From Lama glama (Eukaryota): a stretch of DNA of 64,000 bases. The notes beneath the pieces were generated by a model. It was not told the DNA's origin. It saw only the letters and a list, made by a program, of their open reading frames with translations, and searched no databases. Location of the stretch: positions 1,242,001-1,306,000 of the forward strand of contig CM052817.1 of NCBI GenBank assembly GCA_028534125.1, read 5' to 3'. Position 1 is the first letter of the stretch, and the number at the start of each line of letters is the position of its first letter. The position numbers and the translations under genes were made by a program. Below are positions 25,640 through 38,799 of the stretch, piece by piece.

Positions 25640-26160
25640 AGTCCAAAGGTCATAAGAGCTGTTGAAACAATCTTAGACAACAAGTGCCATGAGGGTGTGC
25701 AGCACCTGGAAGCCTGCGCATGACCGGGGAGAGAAAACCACGGGGGAGCTCACAGCTCCCCAGAAAAGTGCACACAGAGGCACCGTGTGATGCGCCAGTC
25801 CCACTCCCAGACAGACCCCCAAGGGATGGAAAACCCATGGCCACACAGAAACTCGTACAGATGTGAGCAGATGTTCACAGCGGCACTCCCACGATGACGG
25901 AAAGTGGAAACCACGCACACGCTCATCAGCCCATGCGCAAAACGGGGTCCCTCCACACTGTGGACTCTTACTCAGCCACCAAGAGGAAGAAAGCCCCAGC
26001 ACCTGATGGACGTGGGTGAGCCCTGAAAACATGATGCTCAGCGAAAGAAGCCCGACACAGTGTCCCACAGCGAGCGACCCTGTTTGTCGGAAATGTCCAG
26101 CGCAGGCAAGTCCAAGGAGCCAGAAAGCAGATTAGCGGTTCCAGGGGCTAGGGAGTGACT
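25640..26160 (+). mobile_element. Old L1 3' fragment
   Basis: ACAAGTGCCATGAGGGTGTG..GGGTGAGCCCTGAAAACATGATGCTCAGCGAAAGAAGCC..GGCAAGTCCA. Confidence 0.75.
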
Positions 26161-27093
26161 CCAGGGCCCACCCAGGAAAGGCTGCGCAGGGCCTCAGAGC
26201 TCAGCAGGCGAAGGGCAGCCCCGACACCCACGGGGCCCCGGCCAGCCTCCTGCACACGCTGCCCAGAGGACCTGGCCGGGGAGTAGGCAGCGGCTACACA
26301 GCCTTGTGGAGCCCAGAGACCCCTTCCCCCAGGTGTGGAGCCCCCTTCCCTGGCCCCATCCTGCTGACCACCCCTCTGCCCAGCTCCCGTGGCCCCGGCA
26401 GGGGCCCCATCCAGCCTCCAGGTGGAGCCCCTACCCTCCCCAACCTCCCACGTCCTGCCGGACACAGCTGAAGCCAAGACGGGAGCCTGCAGGCCGGGCT
26501 GGGTGAGAGGACAGCACAACATCCACGTGTGTCCCCGAGGCTGGGCCCCGCCCCCTTTCCTGATGGCCAGGACAGGGGCACGTGGGGGTGCTGGGTAGAT
26601 GCTGGTTGAATTGCTTCACCCAGGGTGAGCCCAGGGCGCGGGGAGCAGGGAAGGAAGAGCAGCCCCAGGTCTGAGACACGGAGGTGCCGGGGTCCCGCAG
26701 AGCCCCCGCCCGCCCGGCCTGCTCCGCTGCCTTGGCAGGGAGAAGAGGGGATCGCCTGGCTGCGCTGCCCGAGAATCAGCCCGAGTGGCTCTTGGGCTCC
26801 CACCAGGGCCCCCGGGGCTGCACGCCCAGGGCTGAGGGTCTGTGCAGCTGACTGCGGCCCACGTGAGCAGCCACGTGGGCCAGGTGGGCGCCACGGCCCA
26901 GTCCACACACGCCGTCACACTATGGTGGTGAGAGGGAGTGAACTGAGGGCTGGGCGCCATGCCCACCCACCTGAAATGTGCCCGCAATGCCAGAAACAGG
27001 GCGGCAGGGCCCCTGGGGACACCTCTCTGTTGGAAGCGGCAACTGGGCCCAGGAGGCCTGACAAGCTGCAGACGAGAGGAGGACTCCTCTTAC

Positions 27094-28383
27094 CTGGAGC
27101 CCGGCAGGTGCCGGGGCTCCTCCTCGGCTGCCCCTCCCAGTCGACTCTCCTCCCCAGGCGCCGAGGGCCGCAGGCGCTCAGCCTCGTTCTGCTGCTCGGC
27201 ACCGTCGCCCGCTCCAGGCAGCCGGTCTGCTGCGTCCACCTGGGGCTCTGAGGGGTGTGCCAGGCACTTGTTGGAAGTAGGGGCTTTGGGATCCTGCCTG
27301 TCAGGGGTGTCTTCTGATGGCAGGGGGGCTGGGGCGCCCGTGGGCAAGGCCACTGTGGCAGGCCGGGCCTCCAACAGCCCCGCAGCCGAGTCCTTGGCAC
27401 TGGCCTTGGCCAAGCCGATGTAGGAGGAGCTGACGACGCTGCCTGAGCTGCCCTTGCCCCGCAGGCTCTCAGCCGCGTCCTCCCTGCTGCCCCCGCAGCC
27501 CCCGCAGCACACGCAGGAATTCAGGAGGCAGGTGGTGGCCGGGGCGCTGAGTTTGTGGGAGCCAGCATCCGTCCCCTCGGCCCCGGGCTCTGACGGGGAG
27601 ACGCTCTTTCCAGGGGCCTCTGAGTTGGCAGGGACAGAGTCCGAGGAGGTGGACGACTTGGGATTGAAGATGACCGTGGCTGAGAGCTTCATGCCCCCTG
27701 TCCGGTGGGCGATCAGCTCGGCCGTCTCGGCCTCATCCACACTCACCTCCCAGCCATCCAGGTGCGGCTGGGAGTCCAGGCAGCTGCAGAGGTTGGGGCC
27801 CACTGCCCGCATTCTGTCACCCTCAATGTCGCTCGGGTCCCCCTCCGCAGCAGCGGGCTTGCTGCCCCCCAGCTCTTTGCTCCCTCTGGCCTGCCCTCTC
27901 TGCTGGGGGTCAGCCCTGGCGCTGCCAGCCCACCCAGACGGGCTGCCCGGGGCCTCTGCCGCCCCTTCCACGTCATCCATGAAGAACACCCTCCCCTCCT
28001 CCTCGTCGCTGCCCGGTGGACGCGCGCCGCCTGGGGACGCCTGCCCGCAGGGGCTGCCCGCGGCGCCTGGCCCGTGTGCGGGGGACTGGCCGGCACTGGG
28101 CGGGGAGAGGAGGGAGGACATCTCGTCCCCGGCCTTGTGCACCATGCGGCTGAGCTGCTCCAGCTCCTGGTCATCGTATTGCATGGAGCAGGCCAGATCC
28201 GCCTCTGCGTTTTTGGCCTTGGCTGAGAGTGGCTCCTCCGGGGCCAGGGGCGCGGGGAAGGTGGGCGCCAGGGCAGGGGGCACCTGGGTCTCTGCCCTGA
28301 TGGGGAACTCCACGTCTTGAGAAATGCAGAGGTTCCGTTCCAGCGTGTGAAGCTCCTCCTCTGTCAGGGTCTGCAGCAAATCC
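27094..28383 (-). CDS. ZFYVE28: ZFYVE28 large coding exon 8 (1290 nt, phase 2-2): low-complexity central region with the TOS-like FFMDD motif
   Basis: (R)DLLQTLTEEELHTLERNLCISQDVEFPIR...ACSMQYDDQELEQLSRMVH...RVFFMDDVE...IAHRTGGMKLSATVIFNPKS...HLPGS, within ORF 27090..28508. Acceptor gtgtAG, donor GTaaga. Confidence 0.96.
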
Positions 28384-28654
28384 CTACACGGGTCAAGACA
28401 GAAAACAAGACTGTAGGTCCCAAAGGCCACACAAGACCCCCCACAGTGGGCTCGGCCCCAGGTGAGAAGCAACAAGGCATCCAGCGCTTGCAGTGTGATT
28501 AACCTCACTCAGCACCCGCTTTGTCCACTACAGAAAGAGGCGTGTCCCTAGGGGTCCCCGGGCCATGCGTGGGGTCGGGAAGACAGCAGACTGGGGTGGC
28601 TGACTGATTCTAGGATGGGCGCTTGCTACAAACGAGATCCTAAACCCTCTGTTT

Positions 28655-28736
28655 TCCTTTCCTTTAAATGGAGGCACCGGGGGTTGAACGCAGGACGCCG
28701 TGCGTGCTAAGCATGCGCTCTGCCACTGAGCTATTT
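28655..28736 (-). mobile_element. tRNA-derived SINE, short form
   Basis: Reverse complement reads TAGCTCAGTGGCAGAGCGCATGCTTAGCACGCACGG...GTTCAACCCCCGG. Confidence 0.8.
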
Positions 28737-28869
28737 TCCTTTTCCTTTTTTTTTTGAGACTCTGAAACCTCTTGCTGAAAACAAGAAAAACCCTGATTCT
28801 TAGGGATTTGATGTTCACAGTAATAGAAACTTTTAGGAGTGAAAAAAATACACGTTGGTTTACATACAG

Positions 28870-29170
28870 ATTTCCATCCTTTGGTCCAACAAATGTCAGC
28901 GGACACTGTCTGGGCCAGGCACTGGGTGATACACAGGAAGAGGGCAGGTGTGGCCCCTGCCCGTGGGGGTCACATAAGAAGATGCAGATGATAAACAGAT
29001 ATTTATGAGTGAAGACTAAATGACAGTAGTGGCATGGCAGCAAAGGACAGTGCCTGCCGGAAGGAAGGCACAGCAGGGCGCCCGGCTCAGTCTGGAGACT
29101 TCCCGGAGGAGGGGGCATTGAGCCAGACGTCCGAGATGGAGTGAATTTAATGACGAGGACTGGGATGAGC
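28870..29170 (-). mobile_element. L2 fragment
   Basis: CAACAAATGTCAGCGGACACTGTCTGGGCCAGGCACTGGG.. followed by ..GAGACTTCCCGGAGGAGG..TTGAGC. Confidence 0.55.
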
Positions 29171-29463
29171 CCAAAGCAGGTCCTCTAGGCCGATGCACAC
29201 TGTTGCCTGCTGGGAAAAGCTCAGGCTGGCCTGAGGACTGAGTGCCCAGTTAAATGCTCCCGCACAGCCGTGACTCTTCACACGCTGAGCACACCCAGGC
29301 AGACACGACCCGATGGAGAAACAGAGCACCGACCTGGGTCCCAGGCCCCTCTCGTGCCTTTGTGGTCACCCCGCCACCACAACCACCCCGACAATCTCTA
29401 GATCGAAGGGAATTTGCAATCTGTGCTCTTTTGAGGCATGTGGTTTGCCAATGTCATAGTCAT

Positions 29464-29642
29464 GGAGTTGCCAAAGGAAACATCGGACATCCAGTTCCAC
29501 TAGAATAACAAACAGCAAATGCGCTTAAGTGCACGAATGCTTTTTAGAGTAAGTGCTGACACTCACACGGTATTACCGTTTATCTGAAATTCAAATTTAA
29601 TTGCACATTCTGCTGTTTTGCTCTGTTAGCTCCGGCAACCCT
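29464..29642. mobile_element. MER53-like non-autonomous hAT DNA transposon fossil
   Basis: Imperfect terminal inverted repeats GGAGTTGCCA / CGGCAACCCT, with internal TATCTGAAATTCAAATTTAA. Confidence 0.65.
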
Positions 29643-29649
29643 GTCTGGT

Positions 29650-32600
29650 GAGATTCACGGTCGCTGTAGATCGTTCAGTCTCACGGTGGAAACACACCCA
29701 ATTTATCTCTGAATCCTTTCTCTGCCTGATGGGCCCTGGCTGCCGGGACCACCGCTGTGAGCACCTCTCCTGGGGAACGTGGGCGTGTATCTGCAAGTGC
29801 ACATGCTGAGTGTCGGCGAGAGGCGCGTCCCCACCGAGAGCCCCGGTGTTCGCTGACAGTTCTGCCTCTCCGCGCCGGGTGGGCACTTGGTCTCTTCCAC
29901 GTCGCCCCTTCCTGGGTGTGTGCAGGGGCACTCACTGTGGTTTGACATGGCTTTGGCCTGCTTGCTCAGGGAGTCCGCACCGGCTCCTATGCTCACTGGC
30001 CCTGGCAGAGCGTCTCTGCGAGGTGCTGGTTCAAGACTTCTGCCCACTTTTTTTGTTGGCTTATCTGCCTTTCTCTTGCAGATGGGTAGGAGTTCTGTAT
30101 ACACTTTGGATTTGAGCTGTCAGTTGGATGTGGTCTCCAATCCTGTGGCTTGCCTTTTCACGCTCCTCACTGTGTCTTGTGACAAATCAAAGCTTTTCAT
30201 TTTAACAAAGTTCAAGGCGTCACATTTTTTCTTTACGGTTTGTGCTTTTGTCCCTGTTTAAGAAACCTCTGCCTACGTCAAGGTCACAAGGATGCACTCG
30301 ACCTTTCCCTCTGAAAGTGCTGTTTCCCTTCACACATCTGTGTCTGCAATCTGTCTAGAACTGGTGTTTTCTATGACTGTGTCAAGGATCCAGACACATT
30401 TTCCCCTCATATGGATATTTTTTGATTCAGCCATTCATTGAGAAAACCAACCACTCTCCGCTGTTCTGTATTTTCACCTTTGCTGTGAGTCAGGGAAGCG
30501 CGTGTGCACCGGTCTGCTTCCAGACCCCCAGTCTGCTGGATGCTCGGCGCACACCTCTGCCAGCGCGACTGCGGCTTTAGGACAGGAAGCGTGTCCAGCA
30601 GTGTCCGCTGTGTATGAAGCACACTCAGAGAAGCGCGCACACACGTTCACCAGCTTGGCCACACCAGCCTTGCTCGTGACAGCCACCCCGAGGCCGTCGA
30701 GCGTAGAACAGATCAGTAACATCCTCCTGTGTCCTTCTGCTCCAGCGATCTTCTCCTTGGCTCGTCCAGGTCCCTGGCGTTTCTACATGAGTTTTAGACT
30801 TAGTTTGTCAATTCCAGGAGAAAGAAAGAAAAGAAGCCTCCTGGGATTTTGATTGAGGCTGCTTTGAATTCACAGGTTCTCAGATTAATGAGAATAGCTG
30901 GTGTCTTCTCAATTTTCAGCTCTACACTCCCTGAATATGGAATAGCTATTTATGTAGGTCTTTAAATTTTTATGTCAAAAACACTTTGCAACTTTCAGTG
31001 GAGGTCTTCGACACCCTCAGGTCTATGCGTTAGTAACTGACGCTTACTGACATCATTACAGGCGATATTTAAATCTTTCACTTGATAAAATACATGTAGC
31101 ATGAAACTGACGGACTTAGCTATTTTTAAGTGACAGTTCAGTGGTATTAAATACATTCACATTGCTGTGCAGACATCACCACCATCCCTCCCCGTAACTC
31201 TTTCATCTTTTAAGACTAAAACTTTGAACCCGTTAAAGAGTAACTCCCAGCCTCTCCTCCCTCCAGCCCCTGGCAACCACCGTTGTGCCTTCTGTGCCTG
31301 TGACTCTGAAGACTCCAGGGGCCTCGTGCAACTGGAATCATCCATTATGTGTCTCTTTGCGACCAGCTTGTTTCACTTAGCACGTCCTCAGAGCCCACCC
31401 ATGTCATAGCAGGTGTCAGAATCTTCTTCCTTTTTAAGGCTGGGTAATATGCATTGCATGGATGGACCGTGCTTTGCCTGCCCATTCACCTGCCGTGGTG
31501 ACGTCCATGTCTCAGCTACTGTGAATGACGTTGCTATGAATGTGGGTTACAAGTATCTCTTCAAGGCACTGCCTTCAGTTCTTTTGGGTATAAACCCAGA
31601 AGGGGGGTTTCTAGATCACCTCACAGTTCTGTTTTCAACTTTTTGAGGAACCCCATACTGCTTTCCACAGCAGCTGCAACATTTTCCATCCTCACCAACA
31701 GTGCACGAAAGCGCCAACGTCCCGCGTCCTCACCCACACTTGCGGTTTCCGTTTCTTTGACAGCACCACCCTCACGGGCGCGAGGGGCTACCTCGCTGTG
31801 GCTTGACTTGCACTTCCCTGACTGTGATGTTGAGCATCTTTTCGTGTACCTGTTGGCCATTTGCACATCTTCTCTGGAAAAATGTCTGTTCAAGTTCTTT
31901 GCCCATTTGAATCAGATTCTTCTAGCTGCTGAGTATTAGGAGCTCTCTCTATATTCTAGATATTAATTCCTTATCATATATATGACGTGCAAATATTTTC
32001 TCCCATTCTATGCATTGCCTTCTTACTCTGTTGATACTGCCTTTTGATGCACAGAATTTTGACATTTTCACAAAGTCCAATTTGTCTGATTCTTATTCTG
32101 TTACCTGTGACTTTGGTGTTGTGCTCAAGAAACCACTGCCGAAAGCAATGTCATAAATCTTTTGTCCCATGTTTTCTTCTAAGAGTTTTGTAGTTTTAGC
32201 TCTTACACTTAGGTCCCCGATTCTTTTGTGAGTTGATTTTCTTACATGATGTTACGTAAGGGCCCAGCTTCACGTGTGTGCACACGTGTGTCATCTTTTG
32301 TCAGATTAAGGAAATTCCCTTCTGTCTCTAATTTGCTAAGAGACGTTTTCATCATAAAATAGGTGTTACATTTTTCAAATTCTTTTTCTGTAACTTTCAA
32401 AATGATTTGGTTTTTCTTCCTTTTTAAGAAATTAATACAGCAAAACACTGATTTTATTTTCAAATGGTAAACTACGCTACGTAAAATGTAAGCCGCACGA
32501 GACACTACAGTGGCTGTTCTGGGCAGTCCATGTTCATTTATGCTCACTCACGCCAGGTGCTTAAGTCTCTCCCGAACTTCCACATTTCCATCTCAGACTT

Positions 32601-33100
32601 TTTCCCTCTGTTGGAAGAACTCCAATTAGTTGTTGTTGTTTTTAATGTGTGGGCTGCTGCTAACACATTTCCTTCAGCTTTCTGAATAGTTTACTGAAGA
32701 ATCGTGTTTCTGAATAATTCATTATTTCACCTTCATTTCTGAAGGATTTTTGGTGGTTACAGCATTCCGAGGAGCAGCATTTAAAATACAGATCATTTCA
32801 TTGTCTTCTGGCCTCCGCTGCTTTTGAGAAGACAGTCGTCAACCCTACATTCTTTTCAAAGTAACATGTTCCTCCCCTCGGCTGTGTCTAGGAATTTTTT
32901 CTTTCTTTTCAGCAACTTCACTGTGATACCCCTGTCGCGTTTTGTGTTCATCTCATTTGTAGTTTTCTTGTGCCTCCCGAATCTCTGGGCAAAGATTTTT
33001 TTCTTCAGTTTTGGACGATTCTTGGCCATTAGTCCTCTGAATACTATTTCTACTCGTTTCCTCTACTCCTTCCTCCTGATTCCAGTTGTGGACGTTAGAC
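29650..33100 (-). mobile_element. Cluster of old L1 fragments, including an L1MB-like element at ~31075-32270
   Basis: Peptides MYTELLPICKRKADKPTKK and [23 protein letters not shown], with a T-rich plus strand. Confidence 0.82.
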
Positions 33101-33695
33101 TCTTCAGAACGTCGCATGGGTCTCTTGCTCTGGGCTCTTCCCTTGCCTGTGTACCCAGCGCCTTGGTCCTCCCTAAGCCACCCTGGTTTCACGGCGTCTC
33201 CTGTAAGATGGGCCGTGTCCATCTGGCAGGGCCACAGAGAAGTTCCTGTGAGAAACTGTGAAGAGGGACCAGTGTCCGGGCCACCAGCCAGGGCGGCTGC
33301 CATCCTGTGACTGCACATTGGTGTGAAGGTCTTAATGCCCCCAGCCAAGAGCAAAGAACCTGTCCCGTGGGGAAGGAGAGATGTGGGCGTTAAAGGGCGC
33401 TCCAGACGGTACAGACCAAAGACAGAAACCAAGGTTCCAGCAGCGCAAACGTGAACAAGAAACTCTAGGGCTGCTGGTGAACAGAAGTCAAGACTCAGCT
33501 TCACACAGAAGCCAGAGGTTTCCCACTCTCCAGAGCTCCGCCCTGAGGAGCCACCCCGCTCTTGAGGTATCCAGCGAAGGCCGAGCAAGACCGGCTTCGT
33601 CCGCGAGGTCACTGCAGCCCCACAGGAGTAGGTGTCACCCCCCGACCCCGTGACCCAGAAGGAAGGGGGCTCAGGGGCAAACCCCGCCCCCCCAC

Positions 33696-33797
33696 CTGAT
33701 TCTCCGCAGCAACATGTGGAAAGGCCGGAACAGCTCAGACATATCCTCTGCCTTGCGGTCCAGGTTCAGGGGTCCGTCCGCGTAGACCACGAGGCCA
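33696..33797 (-). CDS. ZFYVE28: ZFYVE28 coding exon 7 (102 nt, phase 2-2)
   Basis: (C)[33 protein letters not shown](R), within ORF 33671..33862. Acceptor aatgcAG, donor GTgggg. Confidence 0.96.
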
Positions 33798-36700
33798 CTG
33801 CATTCAAGACACAAATCCAGCCTACTGTCAGGCCCCGCGCCTGCGTGGCCAGCCCAGGCCACACCCCGGACACCGCGCTCAGCCCCCGCACGTGCTTCCC
33901 CTCTGAGATCAAACCTTGAGTAAGTTTAGAAAAAAGCAATGAAAATTATTACCCAGATCTTTCCCCTCGTTTGAAGTTGACTAGCTTATGTTCATTTGAG
34001 GGATCATAAAATAATTGTAAAAACAGATCTGCACACTTCACTGCTATAATCAGATAAAACCAGCGTAAAGACTTGTTACTAACATCCACCTCCTTGAAAA
34101 TGAAAAACCTGGATTTGTGTTTAACACAAATTTCACACAAATGCAAAGGTTTGTGAGAACTGGACCTGAAACCATCTATTCCAAAAGGGAATCAGGACTT
34201 GGCGGGGAGGGCCGAAGTGCTGCCCAGGGACAGAGGGCAGCCCTGCCTGGCCCTCCCACCAGTGTGGAGCCCTGAGCCCAGGGCCTGCAGGTCGGGGTCC
34301 AGTGGGAACGCTGCACAGACAGGGTGAGACTCTCCAGAGCGCACTCTGCAGGCTGCCCTCCAGCCTCCCACGGGCTCCCGGAGCCTGACCTCCTTTGCCC
34401 TGTCTACATACCTGAAGTCCAGTGCCGCCCTGAGGTCTGGACAGGTCAGTCTGGGATGCACTTTCTGCTCTAAGTGGTGCAGAGCAGGGTTCAGAAAAGG
34501 TGGCCCAGCTTCCCAAGGGGGTAGCCAGTGTAGACAGAGACAAGCAGAGACGCGGGCCGAGCCCCCGCCAGCAGGGCCTAGACGCGGGGAGGTGTGATGG
34601 TGCTGTGGGCGGGGGAGCAACCAGGCTGCGTGGGGTCCCTGAGGACATGACCAGGTCCACCCTGAGGGGCCAGTCAAGTAAGGGCTGGGAAGTAAGCACT
34701 AGATCTAGAGATGCCATTTCGTTTCTTTGTTCCTTTAAACAAACTGTCTTAAGATAAACCCTTAAAAGTAAAACTAGCTTGTCAGTTTGAACCTCATGGA
34801 GACTCACTTCCCCGCTGTGTCCCCAGTGTCCCCGCCAGCTGCAGGGACATGAGGGCTGTGTTGGGCGGAGGGCCAGGGCACAGGGATGCAGGGAGTGGGG
34901 CCCAGGGCTCAGGGCTGCAGGCCTCCCAGGCTGCCTGTGGACTCCTGCATGGCCGAGGCCTGGCCTCCTCCTGGCCTCCAGCTCCACATGGCCCTCTCTC
35001 CACCCCTGCCAATTCCTCAGGTCTCAGTTTACGACTGCAGACAGGCCTCCCACAATGGCCACAGAACCCAGCATTTTCTGTTTTGTTTTGTCATAAGGCA
35101 AAAAGTGGGCTCCGATGTCAGCCTGTGGGCTGTGGTGGGTTCTGCCACCTCAGGCCTCTTGCAGCCTCAGTGTCCCCACCCAAGCTGGTAAACGTCACAT
35201 GGTCGCTTCATTAACATTTTATTACCAGGCCGGGGCGGGGGGGGGGTCCTGGAGGCAGTGCGGGAGGGCTTGGAGCAGAGGCTCTGCCCTCACCCACCCC
35301 TACTGAGTGCTCCCTGAGTGTCACCTGAGGGTCCCAGGACACCCACATCACAAAGACAGCATCCTACAAGGGTGCTGCCCCAGGAGCGTGGCTGGAGGGC
35401 CTTCATTTCCACACAAGCGCCTGGGGCCTCCCGTTCTCACTCCAGCCATGGAGCTGCCTTGGCCCCTCTGTACACACTGCCCGCTGCCCCAGCATCCACT
35501 GTCCGCTGGGCTCCCACCTCTGCTGCCGGAGTTCTGCTCTGGGGCCCTGGGGAGCCTCTCCGCTGTGCCTCCAGTTCCCGTCCACCCCTGCCTGTATGCC
35601 GGTGTCCAGAACACTCCATGGCAACTGTCTGTCTTACCTGCTTACGCCTCCCCTTCGGGCACCACAGTGCCCCTGGGGACAGGCCCAGGGGGGCGCTCAG
35701 TGCATGCTGGCTGAGTGAACACAGGAAGGGGTGAGTCCGGGGGCCTCTGCCTGCCCAGCTCAGGGCACAGTGGCTTCTGTGGACGACGAGGAACAAGACT
35801 GGGAGCCGTTGGTGGCGGGACTGTGGGTCCTGCAGGGACCTGGTGAGCAGCCCTGAAGGGGGCTGCTGGCTCCAGAACCAGCTGCTTACAAGCCAGCTCT
35901 CCCCTCTCCTTCTGGAAGGAGGGGGAGTTGTGGTTAAGCCCGGCGCTCCTCAGATCCTCAGACCCACAGCCTGGCTCCAAGGTGCAACTGACTGGCTTCT
36001 CTGACGGCTGCCATGAAGCCCTCCCCGACTCTGGGCTCCCACCACACAGCCAACCCCACCGTGCCTGCTCCCCCCAACTTCAACTTCAAACCCAGCCTCC
36101 CTTCCCTGTGACTCAGAACTTCCCCTCATGCCCCGGTGGGTCCCTCAGCTCTGCTTCCAGGCCCCTCTGCAGCCTGAGCCGGAGAGGCCCCCACGCAGTG
36201 CCCTCAGGAGGGGCCACATGGGACAAAGTTGCTGCCCCCGGGCCCTCCCTGCTTTCCCAGGACTAGGGTCCAAGTTCGGATGTCAGAGGGCAACGTGAGG
36301 TCAGCAGACAGCGCAGCGACCCCGCTCAGGGAGCCAGCTCGGTGAGAAGGGCGAGGCTGAGAGCAGGCCTGGCGGCCACCCAGGCTCAGGCCACCGGCAC
36401 TGGGGAGGCCGATAAAGGGCCGAATACACACAACGGACTCAAGTGTGAGAACCCAGAAGCACGGCGCTGGGCTGTTTGACACCCTCATCTTTATCTTAAC
36501 ACAGGCGTGCTGCCAAAAGTCTCAGGGCCTCTCTTGAGGCTTAGAATAGGCTCTCTCTATGATGATGTAAACTGTTGAGAAGTTCCGGAAAGGCCGCCAT
36601 GGCTGAGCGCCCTCCCAAGACCACGGTCAAGACTTCCCAGAGGGAAGGCAGCTCTGGGGGCCCAGTGAGGCCGGGAGAGCGAGGCGGCGGGGGGAGTGGT

Positions 36701-37948
36701 GCTATCCAGGTCCCCAGGCCCAAGAGCAGCCACAGGTATGGTGGGGGGCCGATCCTGCACGTCCAGAGGGGCCATTCAGGCTTCTCGGAAATCCTGGGGA
36801 CGGGCAGCCCCCACCCCACCTGCCCCTTCTTCACCCAAGTCCTTTCTGTGTTTCACAAGCATTTAAATCTCTGGAGTCTCAGGGCGGTGCAAGACGTTTC
36901 TGACCAGGCCCAGGGTGGTCCCCTGCTCACTCCCCCACTCCTCCTGCACACACCTTGTCCACGTGCAGCCCCTCTGTCCAGAAGCTGGCCCCGTCCCACT
37001 GCACAGCCACAGCCCCCACCATTCCTGCTGCAGCACCCCCACTTCCCAAGGGAAGCACTCACCCTCAGTGAGCTCCCCTGGGGTGGCTGCACCTGAACCC
37101 ACCCTGGCCCCCATGGCCACCCCAGGTTCTCCAGGCCAGTTTACTGCCGTTCACACCTGCAACCGGCCCCTGCCCCCTGCTCTCTGCCCATCTCCACACC
37201 TGCACACCCGCTGCCCCTGGGGCCCATGTTCACCAGCCCCACCCTCCCCACCTGGCCGGGGGGAAGGTGCCCTCTGTCTGGGAGTCAGGGCATGGCTGAG
37301 CGGCAGTGGACGGAGCCCAACCCTTGGGCTCCGACCTTGGCTCATTCAGCACGTGACCATGCCCTCCCTCAGTGTGTCTGCGACTGGACCACACGTGCTG
37401 CCCCGACCTCTTTGAGGTCAAAGACCCAGAGGCCCAGACTGGAGCTCTGCTGCTCTCACCAGACACTCCCACGCCCATCAGCCAGATCGGCTGCAACCCT
37501 CCTGCCCTTCACGCAGTCTTCACCTCCCAGCCAGCCCACAGATTAGCCAGATAAGCCCACCACATCGTCCAGCAGACCAGGGGCACCTCACCCTCTTGTT
37601 CCTACAAAACCGGCTCCCGCAGCCCCGCTGGGTCGCCCTCTTCCCCACCTGGAGCCCTGGGCCCTCCCCCAGGGCTGTTGAGCGCACCTCTCCGGCACCA
37701 GGTGTTGGGTGTTTGGCTGTCTTGTGCCATCTAACCTGGGGGAGCCCTCCCTCAGCGGGGGTAAAGGGGAGACACTCAGAACACCTGGCTCCTCATTCAC
37801 TGGGATGACAGCAGGACTGCCTGGTGGCTGCCCTGGGGTGGCTAAGCAGTCACCTGTTGGAGGGTGTAAATGCCACTTCCCACCACCCGGCCCTGGTGGT
37901 CCTGCCAGGTTTCTGCAGAATGAAAGTCCAGGCAGGAGGGACACTCAC

Positions 37949-38038
37949 CACACGATGGCCAGCCGGGGGATGGTGAACATCAGTGCCGGCTCATAGTCGT
38001 CAATCATGTCCTGGGTCAGGTACCCGAAGTCCAGGGCC
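37949..38038 (-). CDS. ZFYVE28: ZFYVE28 coding exon 6 (90 nt, phase 2-2)
   Basis: Manually translated as (R)[29 protein letters not shown](C). Acceptor ccttgtccAG, donor GTgagt. Confidence 0.96.
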
Positions 38039-38799
38039 CTGGACAAGGCGGGAAAGAAGGGGCGGCCCACGGTCAGCGTGGGTCGGGGAAGCAGCCACTA
38101 ACCATCACTCGTGTCTGTGCTCAGTGACTGGCTGGAGGGGCCAGGCGCACAGGGCGCCGTGGAGGGACGCCCCCCCCACCGTCTTTCCCCTCCTGCCGCA
38201 CTGCTGGATGGAAGGAGCAGGGGAGTGGGTCGAGTGGTGCTCGCTGTGGGGCTGGTGAGGGCACAAAGTAGGAAAGCTAATCCAGTCCTGGGTTTAAACA
38301 GGAAATGGAAGCAGCCTGAGTGCCAGGAATAAAGAGGAACAGAAACATCGCCCCAAACAACCTCACACTTCCCCAAGAAACTGGCATTGCTCTCCTGGAT
38401 TTAGCCTCATGCCCAGGCACTTGCAGACGGCTTTCTCTGCCTCCACAAGCAGGCGCTGCTGGCCTCGTGATGTTCAAAATAAAAAGCGTTTCCTGTCACC
38501 TCATATTTTGACAACTGGCAATGCCTCTAAACACATCACAGTGAATAATGTGTCTTTAAAATCAAAGAGCTAATGATGTGATATTGAGCCATCTCAAAAC
38601 TTACCTAATACCAAGCACTAGTCAAATATGAGAAACATTCTAGCTTAAATCTTAGTCTCAAAGCCCATTCAGAAAATCTGACTTCAAATTACCATGCAAG
38701 GCATGAGGGGAATAGTTACGATTCACCCTGAAAACCAGGCTCCCCAGACTGGGAGCCAGGAAGGCCTCCACCCAGGCCTGTGGAGGAGAGGAAATGAGA

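Noticed and set aside
27454..28320. 288-aa plus-strand ORF
   Set aside because: Antisense shadow of GC-rich ZFYVE28 exon 8, with no independent gene features.
36559..36606. ATGATGA...CTGA resembling snoRNA C and D boxes
   Set aside because: Only ~48 nt, antisense to the host gene, and without a convincing terminal stem.
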